Shown: positions 44,569 to 57,462 of the stretch, in pieces
Numbering within the stretch: position 1 is the stretch's first letter
Layout of the letters: every line of letters begins with the position of its first letter
Translations under genes and position numbers: made by a program
From: an uncultured Actinomycetes bacterium
GTDB lineage: Bacteria > Actinomycetota > UBA4738 > HRBIN12
Direction of reading: 5' to 3'
DNA: 64,000 bases
Assembly: GCA_963776425.1 (NCBI GenBank)
Contig: CAVZMG010000002.1
Coordinates: 609,650 to 673,649, forward strand
The notes under the pieces: generated by a model
What the model was told of the DNA's origin: nothing
The model's database searches: none
Seen by the model: only the letters and a program-made list of their open reading frames with translations

Positions 44569-45696
44569 GTGCCGGAGATCGATGTTCGGCTCGAGCGTGT
44601 CTCCAAGCTCTTCGGAGACTCCGCCGCGGTGGACGATCTGTCGCTCGATATCGCGGAGGGTGAGTTCTTCTCCATGCTCGGGCCATCGGGGTGCGGCAAG
44701 ACCACGACGCTGCGCATGATCGGCGGCTTCGAGGAGCCGACGTACGGGATCGTCTACCTCGGCGGACGCGACGTCACCTCGCTCCCTCCCTACAAACGGG
44801 ACGTCAACACGGTGTTCCAGTCTTACGCGCTCTTCCCGCACCTGGATGTGTACGAGAACATCGCCTTCGGGCTGCGTCGGAAGAAGGTGGACAAGGGTGA
44901 CATCGAATCCCGGGTCCGCGACGCGATGACCCTTGTGGACCTGGTTGGCTTCGAGCGACGGAAGCCCCCGCAGATGTCGGGCGGGCAGCAGCAGCGGGTC
45001 GCGCTCGCGCGAGCGCTCGTGAACCACCCGAAGGTGTTGCTGCTCGACGAGCCGCTCGGTGCCTTGGACATGAAGCTCCGCAAGCAGATGCAGCTCGAGC
45101 TGAAGCGCATCCAGCAGGAGGTCGGGATCACGTTCATCTACGTGACGCACGACCAGGAAGAGGCGATGACCATGTCGGATCGCCTCGCCGTGATGCGGCA
45201 CGGCAAGATCGACCAGATCGGTGCCCCCGAGGCGGTGTACGAGTCTCCCGCGACGGAGTTCGTCGCGGGGTTCCTGGGCGCGTCGAACATGCTCGACGGC
45301 GAGGTCCAGCAGGTGAACAACGGGAGAACGACGATCGCGCTCGCGACCGGCGGCTCGGTGACCGCCAGGACGGAGGCGGTGCCCGCCGGGATCACGAAGG
45401 TGCGGGTCGGTGTCAGGCCGGAGAAGATCTCGATCGTTCCCGACGAGGGTTCGCCTCCGGCCGATCGCAATGCGGTGAGCGGCATGCTGCGGATGTCCAC
45501 GTATATCGGCGTCAACTACCAGTACAAGGTGGAGGGACCTGGCGGTCACGAGCTCACGGTCTACGTGCAGAACTTGGGCGGCACCGAGAGCCATCCGCAT
45601 CCGGGCCAGCACGTCCGTCTGGAGTGGTCGCCCGACCACACGTTCGTGGTCGAGCCGTCGGCCGCTCCGATCTCCGAGGAGGAAGACGAAGTATGA
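44569..45696 (+). CDS. potA: spermidine/putrescine ABC transporter ATP-binding protein (copy 2, intact)
   Basis: Walker [25 protein letters not shown]; 375 aa. Confidence 0.85.
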   Translation: MPEIDVRLERVSKLFGDSAAVDDLSLDIAEGEFFSMLGPSGCGKTTTLRMIGGFEEPTYGIVYLGGRDVTSLPPYKRDVNTVFQSYALFPHLDVYENIAFGLRRKKVDKGDIESRVRDAMTLVDLVGFERRKPPQMSGGQQQRVALARALVNHPKVLLLDEPLGALDMKLRKQMQLELKRIQQEVGITFIYVTHDQEEAMTMSDRLAVMRHGKIDQIGAPEAVYESPATEFVAGFLGASNMLDGEVQQVNNGRTTIALATGGSVTARTEAVPAGITKVRVGVRPEKISIVPDEGSPPADRNAVSGMLRMSTYIGVNYQYKVEGPGGHELTVYVQNLGGTESHPHPGQHVRLEWSPDHTFVVEPSAAPISEEEDEV

Positions 45697-46964
45697 CCGA
45701 TCCCAAGCACGACCTTCTGAACGACCCCGCGTTCATCCGCGGCCTCACGTCACGCCGGATGTCCCGCCGCGACCTGTTCCGGTCGGCAGGCGTCGGCGCG
45801 GGCGCCCTCTCGCTGGGAGCCATCCTGGCCGCCTGCGGGGGAACGAGCGGCGGCGGCGGGAGCGGCGGCGGCGGGAGCAGCGGCGGCAGCGGGATCGACT
45901 GGAACGCGAAGCCGAACGGCCAGCTGATGTTCGCGAACTGGCCGCTCTACATCGACAAGAAGAAGGTGAACGGCAATATCACGTACCCGTCCCTCGAGAA
46001 GTTCACGCAAGACACCGGGATCAACGTCACGTACCGGGAGGCGATCAACTCGAACCCGGAGTTCTTCGGCAAGATCCAGCCGCAGCTCCAGGCGGGTCAG
46101 CCGACCGGGTGGGACATCATCGTGATCACGAACGGCGACACGCTGAGCCAGCTCCTCCGCCTGAACTACCTGGTGGAGCTCCCCGCCGACAAGCACCCGA
46201 ACTTCGACAAGAACGCGAGCGTCGCGGTGAAGAACCCGGCGTACGACCCCGGCAATAAGTTCACGATGGCTTGGCAGTCCGGTCTCACCGCGATCGGCTG
46301 GAACCCCGCGCTCGTGAAGGAGCTCCGCCCGAGCAACCCCACGATCACGAGCATCAAGGACCTGTTCGACCCGGCGTTCAAGGGCAAGGTCGGCATGTTC
46401 GCGGACAACGCCGACCTGCCGTGCCTCACGATGGTGGGGATGGGCATAGACCCGACGACGTCGACGCCGGACCAGTGGCAGCAGGCCGCCGATCTCCTCA
46501 CCAAGCAGAAGACCGACGGGATCGTGCGGCAGTACTACACCCAGAACTACACGAGCGCGCTACAGAACGGTGACGTCGCGCTCACCATGGGGTGGTCCGG
46601 CGATATCTACCAGCTCAACTCCGAGGGCGACGCGTCGGGCCTCCAGTTCTGCATGCCGACCGAGGGCGCTGTCATCTGGACGGACAACATGTGCATCCCG
46701 AACGGTGCTGCGGATCCTGTCGACGCCATCACGTACATGGACTACATCTACCAGCCGGACGTCGAGGCCGCGATCGAGACGTACGTGAACTACATCTGCC
46801 CGGTCCCCGGCGCGAAGGATGTCATCGACCCCGCGCTCGCCAGCAGCCCGCTGATCTTCCCATCTGCGGCGGACCTCGCGAAGACGTACACCTACTACGT
46901 GTTCAAGACGCCTGCGGAGCAAGAGCAGTGGAACGCGTTGTTCCAGCCGATCTACCAGGGCTGA
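45693..46964 (+). CDS. potD: polyamine ABC substrate-binding lipoprotein (copy 2), Tat signal plus lipobox
   Basis: SRRDLFRSAGVGAGALSLGAILAAC followed by a G/S-rich linker. Confidence 0.75.
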   Translation: MTDPKHDLLNDPAFIRGLTSRRMSRRDLFRSAGVGAGALSLGAILAACGGTSGGGGSGGGGSSGGSGIDWNAKPNGQLMFANWPLYIDKKKVNGNITYPSLEKFTQDTGINVTYREAINSNPEFFGKIQPQLQAGQPTGWDIIVITNGDTLSQLLRLNYLVELPADKHPNFDKNASVAVKNPAYDPGNKFTMAWQSGLTAIGWNPALVKELRPSNPTITSIKDLFDPAFKGKVGMFADNADLPCLTMVGMGIDPTTSTPDQWQQAADLLTKQKTDGIVRQYYTQNYTSALQNGDVALTMGWSGDIYQLNSEGDASGLQFCMPTEGAVIWTDNMCIPNGAADPVDAITYMDYIYQPDVEAAIETYVNYICPVPGAKDVIDPALASSPLIFPSAADLAKTYTYYVFKTPAEQEQWNALFQPIYQG

Positions 46965-46995
46965 TCGCCATCACGGAGCGGGGGGAGGGAGCGAG

Positions 46996-47919
46996 GTGAG
47001 CGCGCCGTCGGTCGACGAGATCGTCAAGGCTGGCACGCCGCTCATCGAACGCCGCAAGCCTAGCCGGGCCAAGAAGCTCGCTCCCTACGGGTTGCTCGGC
47101 CCCGGTGCTCTGTACCTCGCGATCTTCTTCCTGGTCCCCATCGCCTACATGTTCTACACGTCGTTGCAGTCGGGGTTCATCGGCGACTTCCACTTCACGT
47201 GGCATTTCGCGAACTACTCGGACGCGATCAAGCAGCACGGGGCGATCTACATCCGTTCCCTGAAGTACGCCGGCATCGTCACGATCCTCGCGCTCGTACT
47301 CGCGTACCCGGTCGCGTACTGGATCGCCTTCTACGGGGGGAAGAGGAAGTCGGTCTTCTTGTTCCTACTGCTCCTGCCCTTCTTCGTGTCGTTCATCATC
47401 CGCACCGTGCAGTGGGAGTTCCTGCTGCGGGACGACGGCATGATCCTGGGAACCCTGAAGAACCTCGGCTTGATCCCGCAGAACTACCATGTACTCAGCA
47501 CGCCGGTCGCCGTGATCGCAGGCATCACGTACAACTTCCTGCCGTTCACCGCCCTGCCTCTCTACGTGGCGCTCGAGCGGATCGACAAGCGCTTGGTCGA
47601 AGCCGGGAAGGATCTGTACGCGAGCCGGTTCACGACGTTCCGCAAGGTCGTCTGGCCGCTCGCGCTCCCCGGGGTGTTCGCGGCGTTCCTGTTGACGTTC
47701 GTACCGGCGGTCGGCGACTACGTCAACGTGCAGGTCCTCGGCGGTCCGGGAACGACCATGATCGGCAACGTGATCCAGAGCGAGTTCCTGACGAACTTCA
47801 ACTACCCGCTCGCGGCGGCGATGTCGTTCATCTTGATGGCAGCGTTGCTCATCGGCGCGTCGATCTACGCGAGGGTCCTCGGCACGGAAGACGTCACGAG
47901 AGGGGCGGCCGCCGGATGA
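46996..47919 (+). CDS. potB: polyamine ABC permease PotB (copy 2, intact)
   Basis: 307 aa, 6 TM, EAA-like loop. Confidence 0.8.
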   Translation: MSAPSVDEIVKAGTPLIERRKPSRAKKLAPYGLLGPGALYLAIFFLVPIAYMFYTSLQSGFIGDFHFTWHFANYSDAIKQHGAIYIRSLKYAGIVTILALVLAYPVAYWIAFYGGKRKSVFLFLLLLPFFVSFIIRTVQWEFLLRDDGMILGTLKNLGLIPQNYHVLSTPVAVIAGITYNFLPFTALPLYVALERIDKRLVEAGKDLYASRFTTFRKVVWPLALPGVFAAFLLTFVPAVGDYVNVQVLGGPGTTMIGNVIQSEFLTNFNYPLAAAMSFILMAALLIGASIYARVLGTEDVTRGAAAG

Positions 47920-48821
47920 GCGCCGTCTTGACCAGAGAGACGCCGGTGACGACCGAGGGGCCTCCTCCGATCCCGAAGTCGAGCAAACGGTGGACCCGCT
48001 TCATCTTGCCGACGTACACCGCGCTGTTCATCGTCTACCTGATCATCCCGATCGCCGTGATGATCGTGTTCTCGTTCAACACGCCGGTCGGGCGCTACAA
48101 CATCAAATGGGAGCACGCGTCGCTCGACGCTTGGCGGAACCTCTTCTCGTTCCCGGATCTCACGACGTCGCTCAAGCTGACGCTCGAGGTGGCCGTCCTC
48201 GCGACGATCTTCTCCACGCTGCTCGGCACGTTCATCGGACTGTCGCTCGGCCGGTACCGCTACCGGGGCCAGGGCATCATGAACTTCGTGATCTTCTTGG
48301 CGATCGCGTCACCCGAGATCGTGCTCGGATCGTCGATGCTCACGATGTTCGTGAACGCCCGGGTACCGCAGGGGTTCATCACGATCCTGCTCGCGCACAT
48401 CATGTTCTGCATCGCGTTCGTGTCGATCACGGTCCGGGCGCGCGTCTCGGGGATGGACCGCTCGCTCGAGGAGGCGGCGGGCGATCTGGGAGCCGACCCC
48501 AGGACGACGTTCTTCAAGGTGACGCTGCCGTTGATCCTGCCCGGCGTGATCGCGGGCGCGCTGCTCGCGTTCGCGCTCTCGATCGACGACTACGTGATCA
48601 CGAACTTCGTGGCCGGCTCGAAGACCACGTTCCCGCTGTGGGTGTACGGCGCGACACGCCAGGGGATCCCGGTTCAGGTGAACGTCATGGGGACGCTGCT
48701 GTTCACGTTCGGCATCCTCGTGGTCGTGGGCCAGTTGCTGGTGTCGCAGTTGAAGACGCGCTCCGACGAGCGACGGGTGGCCGAGGACAAGGCCCGCATC
48801 GCCACCGCCCAGACTTCGTGA
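47916..48821 (+). CDS. potC: polyamine ABC permease PotC (copy 2, intact)
   Basis: ATG 47916 overlaps the potB stop; 301 aa. The ORF track's longer ORF from 47199 is an upstream out-of-gene extension. Confidence 0.8.
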   Translation: MSAVLTRETPVTTEGPPPIPKSSKRWTRFILPTYTALFIVYLIIPIAVMIVFSFNTPVGRYNIKWEHASLDAWRNLFSFPDLTTSLKLTLEVAVLATIFSTLLGTFIGLSLGRYRYRGQGIMNFVIFLAIASPEIVLGSSMLTMFVNARVPQGFITILLAHIMFCIAFVSITVRARVSGMDRSLEEAAGDLGADPRTTFFKVTLPLILPGVIAGALLAFALSIDDYVITNFVAGSKTTFPLWVYGATRQGIPVQVNVMGTLLFTFGILVVVGQLLVSQLKTRSDERRVAEDKARIATAQTS

Positions 48822-48835
48822 AAGTTTTCACGAAG
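48814..48835 (+). promoter_or_regulatory. perfect 10-bp inverted repeat CTTCGTGAAA-gt-TTTCACGAAG overlapping the potC stop (terminator-like hairpin or operator)
   Basis: Read directly; AT-rich relative to the genome; sits between the pot operon and the atp promoter. Confidence 0.4.
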
Positions 48836-48882
48836 TCACAAGGAAACAGCCTCTGACCTGCGGAAACAGCCACGCCCGAGCT

Positions 48883-48912
48883 TTGACGGACCTCGGAGGC
48901 CCCGCCTATACT
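48883..48912 (+). promoter_or_regulatory. candidate sigma-70/SigA-type promoter of the atp operon (TTGACG-18 nt-TATACT)
   Basis: -35 at 48883-48888 and -10 at 48907-48912. The predicted TSS falls 2-3 nt before the atpZ ATG, giving a leaderless transcript. Two GGAAACAGCC direct repeats lie just upstream (about 48843 and 48862). Confidence 0.4.
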
Positions 48913-48921
48913 GTTGCGCCC

Positions 48922-49152
48922 ATGGCCGCCAACGAGCAGCGGAACGACCGGTGGTCGGGGATGGGCACCGGGTGGGCGATCACCTCGACGATGATCGCTG
49001 GGATCGCCACCCTCGGGATGTTGGGGTATCTGTTCGACCGGCTGCTCGGCATCGAGCACGTGTTCCTGCCGATCGGGTTCATCCTGGGCGGAGCGACCGG
49101 CGTCTACATCATCTGGCTGCGATACGGGAGGGGAGACGGTGGCGAGACCTGA
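48922..49152 (+). CDS. atpZ: AtpZ/AtpI family small membrane protein (atp operon leader gene)
   Basis: 76 aa from ATG 48922, two TM helices. The track's TTG start at 48883 would coincide with the -35 hexamer. Confidence 0.5.
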   Translation: MAANEQRNDRWSGMGTGWAITSTMIAGIATLGMLGYLFDRLLGIEHVFLPIGFILGGATGVYIIWLRYGRGDGGET

Positions 49153-49554
49153 GCCCGAGCGGGAACTGATCCGTCGCGTGTCTCCGTTCGCCATCCCGGC
49201 CGCGGTGCTCGCGTACGTGGTCGGCGCGCTGTTCGGTGGGGCGCCTGCCGGGTGGTCCGCCGTGATCGCGATCGTCCTGGTCTACCTGAACTTCCTCGCC
49301 AATGCCTACTCGTTGGCGTGGGCCGCCTCGATCTCGCCGACGCTCGTCACCCTCGTGGCGCTCGGCGGGTACGCGGCCCGCCTGATCATCTACACGCTGG
49401 CGCTCGTGGGCCTGAATCAGCTGGCGTGGTTCTCGCCGCTCGCCTTCGCGCTGGCGCTCGTCCCCGCCATCATCGCGCTCCTCATCTTCGAGACCAAGGC
49501 GCTCTCGGGACGGATGCAGGTCGATCTCTGGACGTTCGATGGGGCCCGCCGGCC

Positions 49555-49558
<4 letters not shown>
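49139..49558 (+). CDS. ATP synthase protein I-like hydrophobic protein
   Basis: 139 aa with 4 predicted TM helices, immediately upstream of atpB. Confidence 0.4.
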
Positions 49559-50611
<1,053 letters not shown>

Positions 50612-50622
50612 GGAGGGGATCC

Positions 50623-51171
50623 ATGGTGGGCAGCATGCTCGGACTCCTCGCCGCCGGCTCGAGCGACAAGGAGAACCTCTACCCGCACGCCGCGGAGTTG
50701 ATCGTCGGCGCGGCGGCGTTCGCGATCATCTTCATCTTCATGCGCAAGTGGGCGCTCCCACGCGTGAACACGTTGCTGGAGGCGAGGCGGGAACAGATCC
50801 AGGGCGAGATGGAGAAGGCTGAACAGGCGCACCAGGAAGCCGACGCCGAGCTCACCCAGTACCGGTTGAAGCTCGCCGACGCGCAAGGGGAGTCCAACCG
50901 GATCATCGAGGAAGCGCGTCGAACGGCCGAACAGCTGCGTCTGGATCTGCAGTCGAAGGCTGAGCAGGAGTCGCAGTCGATCGTGCAGCGCGCGCAGGAA
51001 GAGATCCGCGCCGAGCGCGACCGCGTCTTCCAAGAGCTCCGGGCGCAGGTGGCCGAGATCGCCGTGGAGCTGGCGGGCAAGGTCGTCGGAGCCGAGCTCG
51101 ACCCGTCGGCCCATTCTCGATTGATCGACGAATACATCGACCAGGTGGCTTCGGGGAACGGACAGAACTGA
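50623..51171 (+). CDS. atpF: F0F1 ATP synthase subunit b
   Basis: N-terminal TM helix plus a long charged helix. Confidence 0.8.
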   Translation: MVGSMLGLLAAGSSDKENLYPHAAELIVGAAAFAIIFIFMRKWALPRVNTLLEARREQIQGEMEKAEQAHQEADAELTQYRLKLADAQGESNRIIEEARRTAEQLRLDLQSKAEQESQSIVQRAQEEIRAERDRVFQELRAQVAEIAVELAGKVVGAELDPSAHSRLIDEYIDQVASGNGQN

Positions 51172-51172
51172 C

Positions 51173-51712
51173 GTGACGAGCGACGGGCTGATCGGCGGCT
51201 ACGCCCAGGCGATGTTCGCCGTCGCGCAGGCCGAGGGCGTGCTGCCCACCGTCGAGGACGAGCTCTACGCGTTCGGCAAGGCGCTGGAGCAGAACAACGA
51301 ACTCCGAGAGGCGCTCACCGACGCTACGCTCCCTCAGGAGAACAAGAAGGCGATCATCCAGGAGTTGCTCGGCGAGCGGGCGAACCCGGTCACGATCAGC
51401 CTCTTGGGCTTCATGATCGACACGGGCCGGGCGCGAGAGATCCCGAAGATCGTCACCGAGTTGGCCGAGACGGCCGCGCGCGAACGCCAGCACGCGCTGG
51501 CCGAGGTGCGAGCGGCCGTAGACCTCACCCCAGCACAGCGCGATCGACTCGCTGAGGCGCTCTCGCGTGCCACCGGACGACAGGTTGACCTCAAGGTCGT
51601 GGTCGACGCCTCCGTGGTCGGTGGCGTGGTCGCGCAGGTGGGCGATGAGATCTTCGACGGTTCGATCGCGAGCCGGTTCGCGGACGCCAAGCGAGCATTA
51701 GGGAGCGTGTGA
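51173..51712 (+). CDS. atpH: F0F1 ATP synthase subunit delta
   Basis: OSCP-like; position between atpF and atpA. Confidence 0.8.
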   Translation: MTSDGLIGGYAQAMFAVAQAEGVLPTVEDELYAFGKALEQNNELREALTDATLPQENKKAIIQELLGERANPVTISLLGFMIDTGRAREIPKIVTELAETAARERQHALAEVRAAVDLTPAQRDRLAEALSRATGRQVDLKVVVDASVVGGVVAQVGDEIFDGSIASRFADAKRALGSV

Positions 51713-51713
51713 G

Positions 51714-53384
51714 ATGACCCTGAACCTTGATCCCGCGAGCATCGCGGAGGCGCTCCGACGCAACGTCGAGAGCTGGACCCCGACGGTCGACCGCGAAGAG
51801 GTCGGCCGCGTGCTGGAGACGGCCGACGGCGTGGCGCTCGTCCAGGGTCTCCCGCGCGCGATGGCCAACGAGTTGCTCGAGTTCCCGAACGGGATCCTCG
51901 GGATCGCGTTCAACCTGGATGAGGATCACATCGGCTGCGTGGTCCTGGGCGACGCGGCGGAGATCGAGGAGGGTGACCCGGTCAAGCAGACCGGCCGGAT
52001 CCTCTCGATCCCCGTGGGCGACGGCTTCCTGGGCCGGGTGGTGGATGCGCTCGGCCGTCCGATCGACGGCAAAGGCCCGATCGCGTCCACCGAGGCGCGC
52101 AACCTGGAGGTGCAGGCCGCGAACGTCGTCTCGCGCCAGCCGGTGAAGGAGCCGCTCTACACCGGGATCGCCGCGATCGACGCCATGACAGCGATCGGTC
52201 GGGGGCAGCGCCAGCTGATCATCGGCGACCGGCAGACCGGGAAGACGGCGGTCGCGATCGACGCGATCATCGCGCAGCGCGAGAACTGGGCGACCGGCGA
52301 CCCCGTGAAGCAGGTCAAGTGCATCTACGTCGCGGTGGGCCAGAAGGCATCCACCGTCGCCGAGGTCGTCGAGTCGCTCCGCGAGAACGGTGCGCTCGAG
52401 TACACGGTCGTGGTCAACGCATCGGCGTCCGACCCCGCTCCGTTCCAGTACCTGGCTCCGTACGCCGGCGCCGCCCTCGGGGCGTACTGGATGTACAACG
52501 GCCAGCACGCGCTCGTCGTGTACGACGATCTCTCGAAGCAGGCGACCGCCTATCGGTCGGTCTCACTGCTCCTGCGTCGTCCGCCCGGTCGCGAGGCGTA
52601 TCCGGGCGACGTGTTCTACCTGCACTCCCGGTTGCTGGAACGAGCCGCGAAGCTCTCGGACGAGCTCGGCGCCGGGTCGCTGACCGCGCTGCCGATCATC
52701 GAGACGAAGGGGGGCGACGTCTCCGCGTACATCCCCACGAACGTGATCTCGATCACGGACGGGCAGATCTACCTGGAGCCCGAGCTCTTCTTCTCGGGCG
52801 TCCGGCCGGCGATCAACGTCGGGATCTCGGTGTCGCGGGTCGGGGGCAACGCCCAGGTGAAGGCCATGAAGAAGGTCGCGGGTCGCCTCCGGATCGACTT
52901 GGCGCAGTTCCGCGCACTCGAGGCGTTCGCGCAGTTCGGCTCGGAACTGGACAAGGCGTCGCAGCAGCAGCTGGCGCGCGGCGCCCGGGTCGTCGAGATC
53001 CTGAAGCAGCCGCAGTACCGGCCGGTGCCGGTCGAGCGCCAGGTGGTCGCGATCTGGACCGCGACGGGTGGGTACCTGGACGACTTCCCGGTGGAGGATG
53101 CGAAGCGGTTCGTCGACGGGTTCGCCGAGTACCTGGACTCGCGTAACCCCGAGGTGTACACGGGCATCCGCGACTCCGGCGACATGGCCGACGACATCGA
53201 GGAAACGTTGAAGCGTGCCGTCGAGGCGTTCGCGGCCACGTTCGTGCCGACGGCGGCCGCCGGCGGCGAGGCCGCGCCCGGCGTGACCACGCCTCCGGAC
53301 GAGGTCAAGGCCGACGTCGGCTGGGACCGGATGTCTTCGGCAGATGGCCCGGAAGCGACCGGGACCGACGAGCCTGCGCCGTAA
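51714..53384 (+). CDS. atpA: F0F1 ATP synthase subunit alpha
   Basis: GDRQTGKT Walker A; 556 aa. Confidence 0.95.
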   Translation: MTLNLDPASIAEALRRNVESWTPTVDREEVGRVLETADGVALVQGLPRAMANELLEFPNGILGIAFNLDEDHIGCVVLGDAAEIEEGDPVKQTGRILSIPVGDGFLGRVVDALGRPIDGKGPIASTEARNLEVQAANVVSRQPVKEPLYTGIAAIDAMTAIGRGQRQLIIGDRQTGKTAVAIDAIIAQRENWATGDPVKQVKCIYVAVGQKASTVAEVVESLRENGALEYTVVVNASASDPAPFQYLAPYAGAALGAYWMYNGQHALVVYDDLSKQATAYRSVSLLLRRPPGREAYPGDVFYLHSRLLERAAKLSDELGAGSLTALPIIETKGGDVSAYIPTNVISITDGQIYLEPELFFSGVRPAINVGISVSRVGGNAQVKAMKKVAGRLRIDLAQFRALEAFAQFGSELDKASQQQLARGARVVEILKQPQYRPVPVERQVVAIWTATGGYLDDFPVEDAKRFVDGFAEYLDSRNPEVYTGIRDSGDMADDIEETLKRAVEAFAATFVPTAAAGGEAAPGVTTPPDEVKADVGWDRMSSADGPEATGTDEPAP

Positions 53385-53387
53385 CCG

Positions 53388-54278
53388 ATGGGCGCCCAGC
53401 TCCGTGTCGTTCGCCGACGGATCCGTTCGGTCCAGTCCACGAAGAAGATCACGCGCGCCATGGAACTGATCGCGTCCTCGAGGATCGTGAAGGCGCAGCA
53501 GCGCGTCGAGGCGGCTCGGCCGTACGCCATCCAGCTGACCAAGGCGATGGAAGACGTCGCGCGCCAGACGGGATCGCTCGCACATCCGCTCCTCGAGGAG
53601 CGAGAGCAGCCCGCGAAGGTCGGGGTGCTCGTGGTGACGTCGGATCGAGGGCTCGCCGGGTCCTACAACGCCAATGTGCTGAAGGTGGCCGAAGGGCTGC
53701 AACGGGAGATCGTGTCCCGCGACCTCCAACCCGTGCTCTACGTGATCGGGAAGAAGGGTGTGGGCTACTACCGGTTCCGTGGCGTGCCCATGCAGGCGTC
53801 GTGGCAGGGATTCAGCGAGGTCCCGACGTATGAGAAGGCCGAGGAGATCGGCCGGGCCTTGATCCGCGGGTTCGCCGAAGGTGACATCGACGAGCTGCAC
53901 TGCGCGTACACGGACTTCCGATCCGCGTTCACGCTGCGCGCGACATCGCAGCGGTTCCTGCCGATCGCGCCCGAGGAAGTCCTGGGCTCGGGGCCCGAGC
54001 TGGTCCAAGCCGAATACCTGTTCGAACCGGAACCGCAGGAGATCTTGGACGAGCTGCTCCCGCAGTACCTGGTGACCAAGGTGTTCGCGGCGCTGTTGGA
54101 GTCGGCAGCGTCGGAGAACGCCTCGCGCCGACGGGCGATGAAGGCGGCGACCGACAACGCGGACGACCTGATCAAGGTGTTGACGCGCCAGGCGAACCGC
54201 GCGCGGCAGGACGAGATCACGACGGAGATCCTGGAGATCGTCGGAGGGGCGGAAGCCCTCTCACAGTCGGGAGAGTGA
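53388..54278 (+). CDS. atpG: F0F1 ATP synthase subunit gamma
   Basis: 296 aa; ITTEILEIVGGAEAL C-terminus. Confidence 0.9.
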   Translation: MGAQLRVVRRRIRSVQSTKKITRAMELIASSRIVKAQQRVEAARPYAIQLTKAMEDVARQTGSLAHPLLEEREQPAKVGVLVVTSDRGLAGSYNANVLKVAEGLQREIVSRDLQPVLYVIGKKGVGYYRFRGVPMQASWQGFSEVPTYEKAEEIGRALIRGFAEGDIDELHCAYTDFRSAFTLRATSQRFLPIAPEEVLGSGPELVQAEYLFEPEPQEILDELLPQYLVTKVFAALLESAASENASRRRAMKAATDNADDLIKVLTRQANRARQDEITTEILEIVGGAEALSQSGE

Positions 54279-54284
54279 ACGTAG

Positions 54285-55709
<1,425 letters not shown>

Positions 55710-55711
55710 CC

Positions 55712-56110
55712 ATGCCTCTGGAGGTCCATCTCGTCACGCCCGAACGAGAGGTGTGGTCCGGCGAGGCCGAGATGCTGATCGCGCACGGGGTCGACGGTGA
55801 GGTCGGCATCCTCGGTGGACATGCACCGCTCCTGGTCCAGCTCTCGATCGGATCGATCCGGATCCTCTTGCCCGACGATCAGGAGATGGTTGCCGTCGTC
55901 GACGGCGGGTTCCTCCACGTCGGGACGCACGATGGTGTGACGCGGGCCGACATCCTGGCGTCGCAGTCACAGCTGCGCGACGAGATCGACGTCGCGGCGG
56001 CGCGTCTGGCCGTGGAGCGGCTGCTCGGCGAGACCGCGTCGGCCGCCGACGACGCGGTCCTCAAGGCCGAGCTCCGCAAGGCGCAGGCGCGCGTCACGAT
56101 CGCCGGCTGA
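55712..56110 (+). CDS. atpC: F0F1 ATP synthase subunit epsilon
   Basis: 132 aa; position and beta-sandwich/helix pattern. Confidence 0.85.
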   Translation: MPLEVHLVTPEREVWSGEAEMLIAHGVDGEVGILGGHAPLLVQLSIGSIRILLPDDQEMVAVVDGGFLHVGTHDGVTRADILASQSQLRDEIDVAAARLAVERLLGETASAADDAVLKAELRKAQARVTIAG

Positions 56111-56193
56111 GGTTCGGCGGTCGCTGGGCCGCCATGAGAACGTCACGACGGCTCCGTCGCCGCAGGTCATCGCGACGATAGCATCCAACGATC

Positions 56194-57462
56194 ATGGATC
56201 GACTCTTCGTGACCGGCGGCGCCCGATTGGCGGGATCCGTCCGGATCTCCGGCGCCAAGAACTCGGCGCTCAAGCTGATGGCGGCATCCCTCCTTGCTCC
56301 CGGGACGAGCGTCGTGCGCAACGTTCCGCGGATCCGGGACTGCGCGGTGATGGTGGAGATGCTCGAGCACTTCGGGCTCCGGGTGCGTTTGGAAGACGGC
56401 GTGGCCGAACTCGACGCCCGCGAGGTGCACGATGTCGAAGCACCCGATGAGCTGGTCCGGCAGATGCGGGCCTCGATCGTGGTGCTCGGACCGTTGCTCG
56501 CTCGGTGCGGACGCGCTCGCGTGTCGATGCCGGGAGGCGACGAGATCGGCGCGCGTCCGGTGGACCTGCACGTTCGAGGTCTGGAGCGCATGGGCGCGGA
56601 GATCCGGTCGGAGCACGGATTCCTCATCGCGGAGGCGACCGAGCTCCGTGGTGCGGCGATCACGCTCGACTATCCGAGCGTGACCGCGACGGAGAACCTG
56701 CTCATGGCCGGCGTCCTCGCGCGTGGGGTCACCGTGATCGATAACGCCGCACGAGAACCGGAAACGGCGGATCTCGCGGCGTACCTCGTGTCGATGGGCG
56801 CGCGCATCGGCGGCGCCGGCTCGAGCACGATCGAGATCGAGGGCGTCGATGAGCTCACCGCCGCCGAGCACACCGCCGTCCCGGATCGGATCGAGGCCGG
56901 TACCTGGGCCGCGGCCGCCGTCGCGACGATGGGGGATGTCACGATCGCGAACGCGCGACCCGAGCACCTCGAGCTGTTCCTCACGAAGATCTCGGACGCG
57001 GGGGCGGACGTCTCGATGAGCGACGCCGGGCTGCGGATCCGGCAGGAACGGCGTCCGCTGGCGGTCGACTTCGTCACGTTGCCCTACCCGGGGATCGCGA
57101 CGGATTTCCAGCCGATCCTGCTCGCGATGCTCGCCACGGCCGAGGGCACCGCGATCGTGACGGAGAACGTGTTCGAGGGGCGGTTCCTCTACGTGGGCGA
57201 GCTCGCGAGGATGGGCGCGGATATCCGCACCGAGGGCCACCACGCCGTGATCCGCGGGGTTCCCCGGCTGTCGGCGGCCCCCGTGCGTGCGCTGGACATC
57301 CGGGCCGGCGCCGCGATGGTGATCGCCGGGCTCTGCGCCGAAGGCGTGACCGAGGTGGCGGATATGCAGCATGTCGACCGCGGCTACGAGGACTTCGAGG
57401 CGAAGCTCGGATCGCTCGGCGCCGAGGTCCGGCGCGAACGCGAGCTCGTCACGCTCCCGTGA
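56194..57462 (+). CDS. murA: UDP-N-acetylglucosamine 1-carboxyvinyltransferase
   Basis: ISGAKNSALKLMAA N-terminus and an active-site loop with C (LARCGRARVSMPGG). Confidence 0.9.
   Translation: MDRLFVTGGARLAGSVRISGAKNSALKLMAASLLAPGTSVVRNVPRIRDCAVMVEMLEHFGLRVRLEDGVAELDAREVHDVEAPDELVRQMRASIVVLGPLLARCGRARVSMPGGDEIGARPVDLHVRGLERMGAEIRSEHGFLIAEATELRGAAITLDYPSVTATENLLMAGVLARGVTVIDNAAREPETADLAAYLVSMGARIGGAGSSTIEIEGVDELTAAEHTAVPDRIEAGTWAAAAVATMGDVTIANARPEHLELFLTKISDAGADVSMSDAGLRIRQERRPLAVDFVTLPYPGIATDFQPILLAMLATAEGTAIVTENVFEGRFLYVGELARMGADIRTEGHHAVIRGVPRLSAAPVRALDIRAGAAMVIAGLCAEGVTEVADMQHVDRGYEDFEAKLGSLGAEVRRERELVTLP

Noticed and set aside
47199-47915. Upstream part of the 540-aa ORF 47199-48821
   Set aside because: It is an out-of-frame read-through across potB-2. 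PotC-2 homology starts at ATG 47916, which overlaps the potB stop.
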